A DNA stretch of 63,681 bases, filler included, from Rhabdomonas costata (taxonomy: Eukaryota): assembly GCA_019059605.1 (NCBI GenBank). It is 25 parts of 25 records of this genome, joined end to end, with 100 filler letters (N's around TTAATTAATTAA, not from the genome) between each part and the next. Parts side by side here need not be neighbours in the genome. Positions count along the whole stretch, not along the records: positions 33,187 to 35,640 come from JAHMHO010003348.1; positions 35,741 to 38,191 come from JAHMHO010003349.1; positions 38,292 to 40,742 come from JAHMHO010003350.1; positions 40,843 to 43,288 come from JAHMHO010003351.1; positions 43,389 to 45,838 come from JAHMHO010003352.1; positions 45,939 to 48,391 come from JAHMHO010003353.1; 19 more parts are not named here. One strand, written 5' to 3'. The notes below the pieces were generated by a model. That model saw only the letters and a list, made by a program, of their open reading frames with translations, had not been told where the DNA came from and did not search any database. Below, one piece after another: positions 34,790 through 47,730 of this stretch. The position numbers and the translations under genes were made by a program. How positions within the stretch are numbered: the first letter of the stretch is position 1; each line of letters opens with the position of its first letter.

Positions 34790-35864
34790 AAAGGTAACGT
34801 CAAACAAGCCAATAAACACATGTCACTGAAAGTAGCCGTCTCGGATGTGCTCACATTTCTAAAAGATCATAAAGCGTAAGCATCTCAAAAAAAACCTGAA
34901 GACAGAGGTGGGTACGCTTCTAAAGTAACGCCATATAAATAATATGCGCGCCACCAATTTGAATCTCAGAATTTGTGCGCCAGGCGATTCTGCGAAAGTT
35001 GTGCTGGTCGGTGCCCAGCGGTTGACAAAGAGTCCTACTGAACATCGCCCTTTCTTGAGTCTTCCTTCAGTCTAGCTCATTATCAAGCATTCCATCCATT
35101 TTTTGTATTGCCAGGGGCTTGAGCAGGCATTCCGTCAACAAACCCTTGTGAGGAATTCAGGTTCTCAGTCTAACAAAAGATTGAGTCCAGTTCCAGCCAG
35201 ATATACACACGAACGACGGTTGAGCAGTCCACCTGTCCCGTCAGTATCCAAAGCACCAGGGAGGAGGAGAGAGAGAGACATTGTCCTAAACTTCGCTAAA
35301 GCAAAGGTGTACATATCTACACAGGCCACAGAGCGCACTGAAAAACCCAACCTCCAACACCTTCACGCTAATCCCCCAGCCCCCACAGGGAAGCAGACTA
35401 AACATTTGCCTGGCAGTACTCCTTACTTGCCATCTTCTTCCACCTCAGATGCCTTAAGAGCCGGGCTTCATCATTGCTCGGTGCACCAGAGGGACAATGT
35501 CCGAGTCCCGGTGGTGCATGCCCATCTTTGAAAAGAAAAGCAATCAAACCAAAAACAGGCGGGACACTCCCAGGTACAGCATTCATTTGGGAAAACCCTC
35601 GGATTCGGTGAAAACCCTCATTCTCCCCCTCCCCACACAANNNNNNNNNNNNNNNNNNNNNNNNNNNNNNNNNNNNNNNNNNNNTTAATTAATTAANNNN
35701 NNNNNNNNNNNNNNNNNNNNNNNNNNNNNNNNNNNNNNNNGGGTGTTTGTGGCATCCAACGTCGTTATCGATCTGAAGCGGAGTGGCATCCGCCGTCTTT
35801 ATCGATCCTGTGGGGCTGAACTCTGAGCCCTTCTGAGGGAGACGACGGAAGAAAAGTCGACGCC

Positions 35865-37914
35865 TCACTTCCGCATCACCCATGAGCCCGAAAAGCTGTC
35901 CTGGTACGTGACCATCACCTGCCGGCAGTGCGCAGTGGCGAACTCATTCACCGCAGAGCGCACGGCCTTATTGTCCTGCAAGGGGGGTGGGGTGGACAGC
36001 AAATTGGGAAGATGCATCAGAGGCACCGGCAAGGCAGAGGAAGATAAACGAAAGCAGACAAAGGGTGGAGTCAATTATATGGACGGAGGCCAGCGTGAGG
36101 CAACCGACGTGGTAGATTAGGTTCTACAGTGTCAAATGTCCGAACCAAAAAACAATCTTCTAGGGGGGACTGGCAGCTTACCCCCAAAACATCAAAGACA
36201 AAAAGAAAGCCATTTCGAGGGTGCTAGCATATTTTAGCAAAACGCCAATTATAAGCCAATTAAAGCCAATTTCTGTAACTCCACCTCCACCCCAACTTCT
36301 AATGGGCATTCTTGGCGATGGAGCGAGAAACCAGACTTGTGCATGCGCGCACATTGACTGCGTAAGATGAAAACGATGTCGATGGAGATGAGCGTTCAGA
36401 TGATTAACACCCCACCCCCTGCAAAAAAAAAGTATCCCGAAACTACATCGCTTCACATCGCGGAAGAAACTATATTTGGTGAATTCAATTTAACTCAAAC
36501 CGAATTCTCCCATGAAACACTCACGCAAACAAGGCGAACCAAATTCTGGCCGAAAATTTTCAACCCTGGTTTTGAAAAGTTCAAGTTCGGAACAACCCGA
36601 CCAGCTCGGTTGGGTATAATTCGCGCGCCATAGCTGAGACCCCCCCCCCGCCGACAAACCTCTACTACCGGCAGTTCCGCTGCTTTTTCTAATTTTGTAC
36701 GAAACAAAAAACTATAATGTAAATTGTTCCAAAACCGATCTACGCATTACGTAATCTTTCGGCATGGAAACGCAAAAACTCCAACCACTACAACCAAGCC
36801 GCTCACCGGATCCAAAGCAGGGGAGCTCCGAATAAAGGCGGACCTTCCGTTCCACGCCCGTGGGGCCCACACTCCACTGCCTGACCCCTCCGTCGCCACG
36901 TCGCCCCCTGGAGCGTCGGCCCCGAGAGACCATAAGCCTGGAAAAGTCATCAATGTCCAGATAGTCATCCCCAGCTAACAGCCCACCTGGGTACACGCAA
37001 GGGGGTGGGCCAAACCAAGCGGGTCGTTTTAAGCATAACAAACCCCACAGTGAAGGTTGTGCTTCTATTCTCTCCAACTCTCTTGAGTGCCGCTTCTTCC
37101 TATCCTCCAACACGCTGATAGGAGAGGGTCACGAAAAAAAAAGTCCCACTTGAATTGGGTGATCAGTGGAAGAGGAGCGCGCACAAGGCGAATGGAGGAT
37201 GCGGTCGGCCTGGAGGTGTTCTTTCCAGCTATCCTTCCGCATATTAGTGGCTAAAACCAATGGATAAGGGCTGAGTCGAAGCAGGCCTCGAGTCTTTTGA
37301 ACAAATGCCGAAACGCTGCGTGGCCGGTCCTTGGGGTCACAATATTCTGACCATTTCCCCCCGTCCGGTTGTCATTCCCCTTAACGGCTCTTTAGCTGGC
37401 TGAACCTTGTTCTTGGCTAGCCACTCCTCGCAACTTCTCAACCAGGCGGATGCCGCTCCCAAGGCTCTTGACAACCCATCTCAACAATCACCTAAGGCAG
37501 GGAAGGGAGTCACGCCAGGAGTGACCACAGGAACGATGGGAAAGAGGGTTTCTGAGAGGCGAGAAGATAAAAGAATTGAAGTGTCCGATTCGAGCAACCA
37601 AAACGTCGGAAACAGCTCAGATACCTTTCCTAACCTTTGGCCAGTACAGCCTGATGTCCTCCGATACCCCTGAGAAAAAGTGCGACAGAAGTCAGTGTGG
37701 ATGTCACACCTCTAGGACAGAAAAAGGACACACACAGAAGAATGAGGCAAAGGAAGACCGTTGCAGAGCACCTTCATAGTCATGGCGGCCGTCAATGTAA
37801 ACAAAGTCGATGCTCTCGTCCGGGAAGAGCCCCGCGACCTCATAGGAATAGTTCCGCAGGAGGTGCACCTTTGCGCCAAATGGTTTCAGGCGGTTGACAG
37901 TGATGTTCATTTTC
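35865..37914 (-). CDS. Class I SAM-dependent methyltransferase (Methyltransf_24-like), 3' part, exons 37914-37772, 37669-37625, 36986-36844, 35975-35865
   Basis: Spliced ...RLKPFGAKVHLLRNYSYEVAGLFPDESIDFVYIDGRHDYEG-VSEDIRLYWPKVRKG-GLLAGDDYLD...-DNKAVRSAVNEFA...SWVMRK*. The DFVYIDGxHxY / WPKVxxGG.LAGxDY / AVxEF motifs are typical of this family. All introns are GT-AG. Confidence 0.88.
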
Positions 37915-38540
37915 CTGCATGAACACGAACACCGCCACAAACAAACCCTGATATTCCTTCTTACCATCCGAGATGTGGTACTGGATTCTGCCAGCCTTGA
38001 TTTTAGACACCGATTCATATTTTTCAGGTTTCATTAATACCCTGAAATTCGTTTTTAGATGAAGATTGTTTTGAAGGTTGGTTTTGCCTTATAAGGACCA
38101 AGGAAGACCCGAACCTGCTCCTTAACTCCCCTGACATTAAGTTTGCATACACAACAATAAACAAAACATAAACAAGACTCGGCATGCCCGCNNNNNNNNN
38201 NNNNNNNNNNNNNNNNNNNNNNNNNNNNNNNNNNNTTAATTAATTAANNNNNNNNNNNNNNNNNNNNNNNNNNNNNNNNNNNNNNNNNNNNGTGTTGTGG
38301 ACCTGGTGGAGGCTCAGAAGAGAAGAAGAACGTGGAGCACGGTGCGTTCTCAAGGCGTGGCCAATGTCTGGAGAATTTTTCGGCCCCCAGCGCGCGTTCG
38401 AGTTTTGTGCTGCTTCATCGCTGCTTTCGGGGGTCCCGAACCCGCTCTGCTGCTGAGCAGAGGTTTTTGGGCAAACCTCAAAGGAAGAACACATAGTGAA
38501 GGACACATACACGAGAGCACAGAGAGAGAAACGCAAGTAC

Positions 38541-40369
38541 TTGTGCAGCAGTCGGCCTCGGAGCAGGTGAGTGAGCTGCACACTGTAGTCGCGGACTGCG
38601 CAATGGCGTACGCGGGGCACGAGAAGTTTCCACACGTCGGCTTTGCCACTAGGAAAGCGTGGAGCGGAGGGCGATAACCAACTCCGAAGAAGGACAGAAG
38701 GAAGGGGCTTGCACAACAGTTGAGCAGTTGTGCATCTCAGGTGGTGCAGCTTACTCCGACAGCAACCGGGAAGAGTCCGCTCGCAACGGAGGAATCTTCG
38801 CACATTTCAGCAGTGTGCCGTTTTTCCCCAGGGTTGTTGTTTTTGTTCTCGCTTGCGTTTTGTCAGTGTCCCCTGGGATAAAAATCTGGCAGGGGTTAGG
38901 ACCTACAAAAGATACGTACTGAAGATATCTACTCAAGATATACCGCCAAAGTCATGCCGGAATTTTAACTATATACACTCAGGTCCTGCCACAGTTACTT
39001 GGTGTAAAAGCAGGATGAGCGATGCACCCTAAGGGTAGGCAATGCCCCCAAAAAGCTGGCATGCAAAGGCAGATGTATACATGTGTGTTACAACAGCCCC
39101 ACTATAAAAAATAAACGTTTCTCTCGACAGCAACAAAGCACCACAATGTAATCCATAATCCAACGCTGCAGAGCCCTTCACAGATAGAGTGCGCGTGAAG
39201 CAAACCTTCGCACCCTCCACTCAGGACCCATGTTCCGGTTGAGTCGCAATCCAGAGTGCCCCCTCCGGTGTATCCCGTCGCGCAGCTGAAGCTGCACGTC
39301 TTGGTGTAGGTGGTGCCCGAGCCACAGGACGGGGCCGTGGCGTTGGAAGGAGTGCCGGGGGTGCCGCAGTTCACGACTAAGGAAAGCCGGCAAAACTAGA
39401 AATCACAATCCGAGTTTGACTCTAGAGATCAACAGCTGAGATCAACAGCTTATCAGTGCCAAACAACAAAGGCACTCAACCACTGCCCACATTTGAGGGG
39501 AGGGCAGCAACTTTCCGGTGTTGAAGTCCAGGACCCAGGAGGGTGGGGGTGGCAGCTATCACTGACAACCGTTCCTGGCGTGAGAATTTTCTCATAATGT
39601 TCACAAGGTTGGGTAAGGTAAAGTAAAGTAAGGTAAGGTAAGGTAAGGTAAGGTGAGGGTAAGGGTTAGGTGAGGTAAAGGAAATGCAGGCCCACTAGTC
39701 GAATCTCCCGCTCATACCGTTGCAGTGGCCCTCCTCCACAAACTTACGCCCCCACTCCACCACTAAACCATTACCTTACTTCTTAGGAGCAGCTTTTTAG
39801 GAGTGGTAGGCTCATAGACCCAAAGCAACTCCATGTGCCAGTTCGGGGCGTAATTGGAGGTAAGTGAAACAGTTTTCCTCACCCCCCCCCCTGTTAAGCG
39901 TTTAGCAGTGCTAAACGCAGCATCGCCCCCCATCGAATTGCCCAACTCAACCGCCAGATATCACTTCCCACGCCACCGAAAGCAAGCGCAACTGTTCCCC
40001 TCTTGGGCACCACATTTTTCGGACACTAAAAACGACTTTGGGCCTCATTACGTCTCGCTTGTGACGTCCCGTGGCCAGCTTTCGCAGAAGCGTCGTTTCA
40101 ACTGAGATAATCTCACTGTTAACTGTGCCATATTGCAACACAGGAGTAACATTGCAACCAAGAAGGACGCTAGCACGCAGGCGGCAGGCGAACGTGACCT
40201 GAGCAGCTGCCGCTCTGCGTCCACGTCCCACTGGAGGCACACGTCAGATTGCCCCCTCCGATGTACCCCACGGGACAGCTGAAGCTGCACGTCTTATTGT
40301 ACGTGGTACCCGAGGCACATGCCGGAGTGAGGGCAAGGGAAGGAGTGCTGGGAGTGCCGCAGTTCACCA
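38541..40369 (-). CDS. Extracellular modular protein: two Sushi/CCP domains (exons 40369-40199, 39376-39206) and a Cys-rich module (38648-38541)
   Basis: VNCGTPSTP...ACASGTTYNKTCSFSCPVGYIGGGNLTCASSGTWTQSGSCS and VNCGTPGTP...SCGSGTTYTKTCSFSCATGYTGGGTLDCDSTGTWVLSGGCE fit C-x-F-x-C-xx-GY...C-xxx-G-x-W...C. The third exon is TCGNFSCPAY...VCSSLTCSEADCC. Exons are 171, 171 and 108 nt, all phase 1-1. Confidence 0.88.
39611..39680. repeat. (AAGGT)n microsatellite inside the Sushi-gene intron
   Basis: gggtaaggtaaagtaaagtaaggtaaggtaaggtaaggtaaggtgagggtaagggttaggtgaggtaaag. Confidence 0.85.
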
Positions 40370-43300
40370 CTGGAAGCGAAGAAGGAAGAAAGAGTGCTGA
40401 CCACGCACAGGTCGGGGCGGGATACCCACCCACAACTGCACACTATCAGCAATCAGATATACATGAGTACTGCAGCGGACGGCAGATCATCCATGTATAC
40501 TGGACCGCAGGTTCAGTTACCAAAATTTTCAGTGCTAGACACTCCAAAGCAAATGAAAAAACGCGCCATGCGCACGTGCCAAGCCAAGCGGCACTATGGA
40601 GCGTTCCCACGTAAAGAGCTCGTTCCCACATAATAAACTCTGAGCTCCGGGAGCTGCGTCTGCCATGATCAGAAAGTAACACGGACATTTCAGCAAGCGT
40701 TACTTACGAATTTGCATACACAAGACAAGAACCACACCCACCNNNNNNNNNNNNNNNNNNNNNNNNNNNNNNNNNNNNNNNNNNNNTTAATTAATTAANN
40801 NNNNNNNNNNNNNNNNNNNNNNNNNNNNNNNNNNNNNNNNNNTGTGGTTTGGACCGATGTGGTGAAGTGGTTTGTTGTTGTGGTAGCAGTGTGTCGTAAG
40901 GTGGATAAAGAATGTGGCGCTCAATGCCATTTGGTTACTGTTTTGGAGACCGCTGCAAAGCAGTTGGCTTTGTTGTTTGTGTTGCTTTGATGTTTTTCTT
41001 GTGGAGAGGTTTTCAAAAGAGCATTCATTGTCAGTAATTATTTTTCTTCTATTTATTTTTCCGCTGAATAAAAGACTTCGCTGCCATGTAAAATGAATCG
41101 CTGTCGCTGTGTTCGTCTCCAGTATTATCACTTGCAAAATACAGCACCTCGGCGTTCTATCGTGTTTGAAAATGGAACCTGATCACTGATGATGGCTTTA
41201 CGGCGTATGTTGTGGTGGAATATTATCACGGCCGCAAGGCGAAGTTGGGCAAATTATTGGCATCAAAAAATGGATCACACAGTTGGATGTATTATTCGTA
41301 AATCATCATCTGAATCCAACACCCACTATACCTACATTTACTTGCATTTTTTGTTCAACCATTTTGCTCTTAATAGAGAGTAATAGGCAACAGGGCCGCA
41401 ACGGGCGAACCCAGTGCGAATAGCATGGAATGCACAAGCACTGGAGGCCACTTGCACCGCAGTGAAGTGGCTTTTGGGAGGATTGCAAAAAGAGGCATAT
41501 GCTGAGTTGTACTCCAGCCAAAACCCCGGCCGAGTTGTACAGCCGAACTCGGCGTGGAGTCATCTTCTTGGAGCAACGGGCAACGTGACAATGTGTAATG
41601 TTGTTGATGTTCAACGGGCTGTGCGGCAGGTTTTCGACCATTGCACCTGGCGCGTGGCGTGTCGTATGTAATTCTGTGGATACATTAGCCGCTCCCGAAG
41701 TAACAGTTTTGGGTTTTTGGCTTCCGTTCGCGGCCGGCAAAGCGCTTCGTTACACCACCAAAATCTGACGGCGACGGCTTGGCACAATGCCAACCTTAGG
41801 CGCATCCGTGTGCAACAAAAAGGCTTTTTCGGGCAGGCGTGGATTAGGAAGGACGCAACGGTAACTCAACATCCTGACGGCGCTTTGGTTTAAAGAGGTA
41901 ACAATTTATTTTTTATTGACCCTTTGCAAAGCCGCAAAAGCACATTGAAAACTTCCGCCGAATCCTTGGCCAGAAGGTCCTCCGCATACCCACCCGGAGT
42001 TAACCGATTTAGCCCCGGCCGGCGCGGGAAATCAAAGTGATGTTTTGCAGTGGGTTCAAAGGCAGCCGCTATCGGGGGCACCTCCGGTATGCAATGGTCC
42101 AAGGGTCAGTTGTTACACGTATTTCTGGTTGTGAATGCGCTCAACCCGGATAAGCACTTTTGAGGGGCAAGTGTGATGAAAATGGGAAAGCATGTAGACA
42201 CGTGGGTTGGGCAAATGCCGGAATCAGCGGCAAAAACGACCTTAAGCAAACAAAGGTTGACAAACTTCAAATTCTAAGAGAGGATCTTCCCGAAAAATTC
42301 TGAGAGAGGCGGGGCAAACAAAGGAAAACCACACGAGGCTGGATAGGAAGAAGTTGGGGAAACAAATCTGGAGGCACTGGGTCCAAAGGGAGCGGCCGGA
42401 GGCAAAGGGCTATTCACCCTGTGGGCCTCACCACTTGCCCCACAACATGAAACTGTGGCAACAAATGGGCTTTTCTTCGAGCTGCGGCCTTTCAGGTTCA
42501 AAGGCAAAATGTCCGGTCGTCGTGCGCGGCCCTCGCATAGACTCGCCGCTTCGTTCCCTTTGTTTTTGCGCGTCGTCTTTCCGACTTCTTTGCGGCTCTT
42601 CTCTCTTCCTTTGTCGCAGTGTCTCTGTTCTCTGGTCAGCGGCTTGCGTGCGCTTTCCGTTTTTCTAAAAGTTGTTGCGTGTTTAAATAGGACAGAATAC
42701 AGAGCATAAAAATGGACGCCGATTGCTGCGTTGGATCTCGGTACCTTGGTTGGCGCTTGGCAGTGGGGTGCATTTCAGCATGCTCCCGCATCGTTTGTTG
42801 GAAAAAACTGTGACTCAACCACCTCCCCAAGGGCAACCCGAGGTGGCCAATGTTGTGTTGTATTTTGCACAATACATAGTAGTAATCTCATGGCCGCGAC
42901 AAAAACCACAGCAGAAGTGACAAATTCGCGGGTCGATGGGACCTCTCACCCAATGAAAGTCAAAGGAATAAAGAATGTAAAGGGGGAGGAAGGAAACGAA
43001 ATATCAGAAAGGGCGACCAAATAGAAAATGGCGGAGTTGTCGTAAGAATGGCAGAAGGCAATGATTACCATCCAAAAGCGCACAAAAGCAACACAAAAGA
43101 ACGGTGGGCAAAAATCACAAAAGCCTGATGCTAAACCCACAAGAGGAAATGTCTTGGCAAAGCATTTCTTCCCTTGAGCCTGAACCTATAAATCAAGTTA
43201 CAGCCCTCGCCCCTTGCCGAGTTCCCAACAGTGGACGAGCCTGAGGCACCAAAAGCCCAGAAAGAACGACAACGCCCCCCACAAACCCNNNNNNNNNNNN

Positions 43301-43838
43301 NNNNNNNNNNNNNNNNNNNNNNNNNNNNNNNNTTAATTAATTAANNNNNNNNNNNNNNNNNNNNNNNNNNNNNNNNNNNNNNNNNNNNCCCCCCGCCGCA
43401 CCCGCGGCGAAAAATCGCGTGGTGTGCTCCGCGACGGCAGCGGTGAGACGCAAGCCTGTGCCACGCATGAGACGTGCGCGTGCGTGTGGGAGCAGGGGAC
43501 ACGCCGGTCTGTGATGCAGTGTGGGTCAAGTGTGCGTATATGTGTGTACAGGCGCAACACTAACAACTCATTTTTTAGTTGTCGCGACCTGTTGATGATT
43601 TGCTTTTTTCCTTTTCTTTTTCTTAAGAGCTGGCAATTGCCTTCTCGCCACAACGCTAAAAATCTGAAATGTACCCAAAGCCCCGAATGAATATTTGCGA
43701 GGTCACCGTTGGCTAGGGTGCTGCTGCTGCTGTTGTTTCGGCTACAACCTTTCCTGTGTCTTGTGTTTCTCCTGTGTCGTAGATGTCTCATTGTCTCAGC
43801 ACAAGCAGCACAAAAGTCGGTCCGCCTTGGGGTTTAGG

Positions 43839-45641
43839 CTACAAGCGGCGCATGGTGTTAAGCTGGGCTCTTCCGCCTTGGCCTCTGCAGTGCAAGTGGT
43901 GCGACAAAAAGTTCTCTTCGTCGGCGGACAGGGCTCTCAATTTGATTTCCACCTTGAAGATGCCAGAGATGGATTGCCCTTTGCCAACAAACTTGAAAGG
44001 TGGAGGCGCCGGCGTACAAGGTATCTATCGGTACGCGAATTGATGAGAGCTGCCCTGGACCAGTTCAGCGTGTGGCGCGAAGCGGCACAGGTGGCGAGGG
44101 GAACCGGACCGGAGCGGAGGTGCACAATGGCGAGATAATGGGTGTAAAAAAGAACCAGCGTGGACGTCCAGCTGAGAAGTGGAGCTCAGGAAGGTGGTGG
44201 TTCGGTTGATGACGTAGTCCAGGATAGTGTCCGAGGATTTGGCGTACACGATGTCACCCTCCAGCAGGACGGCAAACAGGTTGTGCTGAAGCATCCCTGA
44301 GGCACACAAGGAACTCCTCCCCCTTCCCCAGTGTGAGGAAAAAGTCAACAACCGAGAGCAGCGTACAAAATTCGACAAAACAAGGCGCAGACCCATCGCG
44401 GGTGTGTTCTCCTGTTTATCCTCACGGCGTTGCACTTGCGTTACACTTGAATGCAGCGTCGCTTGAATGCAGGGTCTCCAATAATGCTTGACGGTAACCT
44501 TTCTCAACGGGCGATCCTTGCGGTACCGTGGCCAGCGTTTCAGCTTCTGTGACTGAGAGAGAGAGAGAGACCAGAAAACGTCGCGCTTGCCTGGGAGGTG
44601 AGGTCCGACCCCTCCTTCTATTACCCTTCTAAGGCACACCCAATACGGCTTCGGAGAACACGAAGGGGGACTGGTGGTGCAGCAGGTGCTTGAGGGACGT
44701 GGCAAAGCGTTGAGCAGCCGGGGACGAGGCTGCCACTGCACAGGAGAGGGAATGGAAGAGGACAAACACAGAAAAGATCAACAAAGACAAAAAATGATAA
44801 AATGGGACAGAGACAAGGGAAATGGACCACCAGTGCTTAGGTGCCGGATCCATACTGTCGCAGTCGACAGCTTGACCCACGGGCCGAGATCCGCGTATTT
44901 CGTTCTGGTCTACTTTCTTTTGGTTGTGGCGGTGGTTGTGGTGGGAGCGTTAAACGGTAAAACCATCCTGTTGTCTTTCAAGTTGGTCAGTGTTGGTGGT
45001 GGAAACTTATTCCCTGCTGCGCCTTAGCATACAAAACGATAGGATTAGGATCCTTGCGAACACATCCAAACGAGCACCTTCGCCGGGCACGTCGGCCTGC
45101 CGCCGTGACGAGGCCACTACGGCGATGCATAGCTTGACCAAGTTCACGGTGGTGAAGGGCTCGTGAGTGGGAAACACGGCCTCTCCATCCTTCTTCTCCT
45201 GCGCCGCAGGGGGATGGTCGAACGGGAGGGGGGGAGGGAAGGAAAAATACTGTGGAAGGAGAAATGCTACCTGAGACCCGTGAAGATTCAGTGAAGCATT
45301 GAGGAGACGAATTAAGAGACGTTTCCTTTTGAGAGATTCCGTTTCCACTGATTCCGGCTCCCCTTACAACGGAACAGGGTTGAACCAACACTTTCCGAGG
45401 AGTCAAAGAGCAGGTTCACCACAAGGTTCAGAAGGTTCAGACCCCCCCCATGGAAAATAGCTGTTTTCACACAAAAAAAAGCACAGTAATTTCTTGGATC
45501 TTTTCGGAGAAACAGATCGCGAATCCAGAACACTTGCACGCACACACAAGCCTTCTTCTTGTCCTCCTTGTCTTTGCGCTTCTTCTCTTGGGCGGTGTGA
45601 ATAATCTGGGCCTGACTGAGCGGAAGGCACTTCTCCACAGC
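43839..45641 (-). CDS. Hypothetical protein, 3' part, exons 45641-45552, 45198-45078, 44735-44640, 44296-44166, 44024-43839
   Basis: Phase-compatible chain AVEKCLPL...KDKEDKKK-EKKDGEAVFPTHEPFTTVNLVKLCIAVV...-VAASSPAAQRFATSLKHLLHHQSPFVFSEAVLG-MLQHNLFAVLLEGDIVYAKSSDTILDYVINR...-IPCTPAPPPFKFVGKGQSISGIFKVEIKLRAL...*. The first donor is GC, or a GT 6 nt further on. No family recognised. Confidence 0.65.
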
Positions 45642-47385
45642 CTAGGTCCCGGTAAACGCCGACGCTGACAGAGCCCTCACGACACATGAGAACACTGGAG
45701 TCCGATGGAAACGAGTGACGCGAAGAACCAAGGATGCGTGTGAGTGAGCGAAGGTGCCATCCAGAGACACGTCCGATGCACACTTGAGGGAAAAGATGCC
45801 ACCAAATGATATATTACTACATTATGCCCTATACAAAANNNNNNNNNNNNNNNNNNNNNNNNNNNNNNNNNNNNNNNNNNNNTTAATTAATTAANNNNNN
45901 NNNNNNNNNNNNNNNNNNNNNNNNNNNNNNNNNNNNNNGTGGTGGGTGTGTTTGGTTGGTGGGGGGGTCGAGTTTCAGCCTCGCACCAGAAAAACCGTCG
46001 CAAACAAAGGGCATGACCCACAAATGGGGTGCCGCCAGGCCATTGCCTGAAAGAGTAAACAGGAAAAAAGATAACAAATAAACGGGACACTATACACAAT
46101 TCTACAATTCTAATGCAGGTGGCCAGACCGACGACCCAACAAACGGAACGAAGCAGGCGCTCTCTCTGAACCAGGAGCGTTGCATCCGGAAGGAGGAAGG
46201 GTAACCTTCTGCCTCTTTTAACCACACCCACTCACTTCCATTAGATCAAAGCTGCGACTGGAGAGCAAGTGCACTCCCGCCTATCCAGCAGTCCTTGAAG
46301 AGGACCGAGCACCGATTTAAGCGCCCAATTATCTCTCACAAAGCCACAGAGAAAAGTGTGGTAAAGTACACACTTCACCATATAGTAATAGTAATGTAAT
46401 ATTAAGGTAAGATGTTGTTAACGACGACAGCTTTTTGACATCCTATTCACTGCGATCAGACAAATCGGAAATGCCTGAAATTGCATCCCTCAGAGGCTCT
46501 TATTTTTTTTTACTATTTTTTGTCTTTTCCCGCTATTACTGTCTTAAGAATTCTCACCGCAACCGCCTGATGATGAAACGTTCTCCATACTTCCATACTT
46601 AGAAACCTTCAAGCAAATGTGTCAGTCTGATTAAAACACTTCCCAATGCAAGTCACTAAGGGGCCTTTGAAGACCATGATGAAAGGGTATGTGTGACGAC
46701 AATTTATTGACGGAAGAACACAACCACGCCGATCCGCAGGAAAATATTTTAGCGCTTTTGAACTTAGCTTTTTTGAGAAGAAGAATCTCACGAACAAAGG
46801 GCATGTGCACACAAAGGGACCGACACTTCACAGCATGGGCTATACTGCCGCCAGGCCCATTGCCCCTTTCTGCGGAGAGTAAACAGGAAGCAGGCAAAAG
46901 TGGACAAGCAACGGGCACTGACTACATTTGAACGTGTGGGGAAAGACAGTAATTAACACGAACACCAAGTAAGCGCACGATGACACTTGCCTTCCTCTGT
47001 AGTCCACCGTGCATTTTCCATTTTTGGCTCTCTCTTTGCAAAAGACCTTTCCTCTTGTTTTTGTTCCTACGCGAGAATGCAAGTGAATGTCAAAACGGTT
47101 GCTGGGAGGTCGCTGGTGGCCGACCTGTTCGACGACGCTACGGTTTGTTCACGTCTGAATGCAAATTCCATTGCCGCCCGTTCTCAGCCAAAAGGGACCC
47201 CATCTGACCCCATCTGAAAACATTTAGGTGGCTAAGACACGCGGACACGCAGGGCTCCGCACATTTCAGCATGTTTTCTTTTCATTTTTTCAAAAGTCCA
47301 GAACCAACGTGTTCGTGTGCGGTTGCCCTGCTTCTAATTTTCAGGTCATGAACAAATTCCTTCGTGAGAATCTCAAGAGCGAAAC

Positions 47386-47730
47386 AAGTGGGCGTAATTA
47401 GTTAGCACTGCAAGCAGTGCCTCTTTCTCCGGGACGGGCTTCGTTTTCAGGTTCTCCAGCTGCGGCAGTGGCTCGCAAGTGCCCACAGCTACGACTTTGC
47501 TTCAGTTAAGATCATCCGGAATGGCACAGTGCTTCCCGATGAGACTCCTGTTGGCACCGGGGAAGGGGGTCTGGTTGTGGTTGCTAAGAAGGTTGGCGTG
47601 TACCAGATCCTCCTCTTCCACCTCCTTCCCTTCCTGCTCGCATTCTCGGGATGCTGCAAGCCTGACCTTTTCGGTGTCAGTTTCGCTTTTAAGTACTCTG
47701 CGAAACCGCATGGTGTACATAACCGGTAGC
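47386..47730 (-). CDS. Candidate internal exons of a hypothetical protein (~47730-47604, 47459-47386)
   Basis: GT-AG intron 47603-47460 joins ...ECEQEGKEVEEEDL to LENLKTKPVPEKEALLAVLTNYAH in phase 0. No family recognised. Confidence 0.35.

Noticed and set aside
39611-39680. Array of AG|GTAAG perfect splice-donor-like motifs
   Set aside because: The host gene is on the opposite strand, where the tract reads (ACCTT)n. It is best explained as a simple microsatellite.
40843-43288. Fragmentary ORFs possibly from a decayed mobile element
   Set aside because: I could not identify RT, transposase, integrase or recombinase motifs, or a consistent exon chain.
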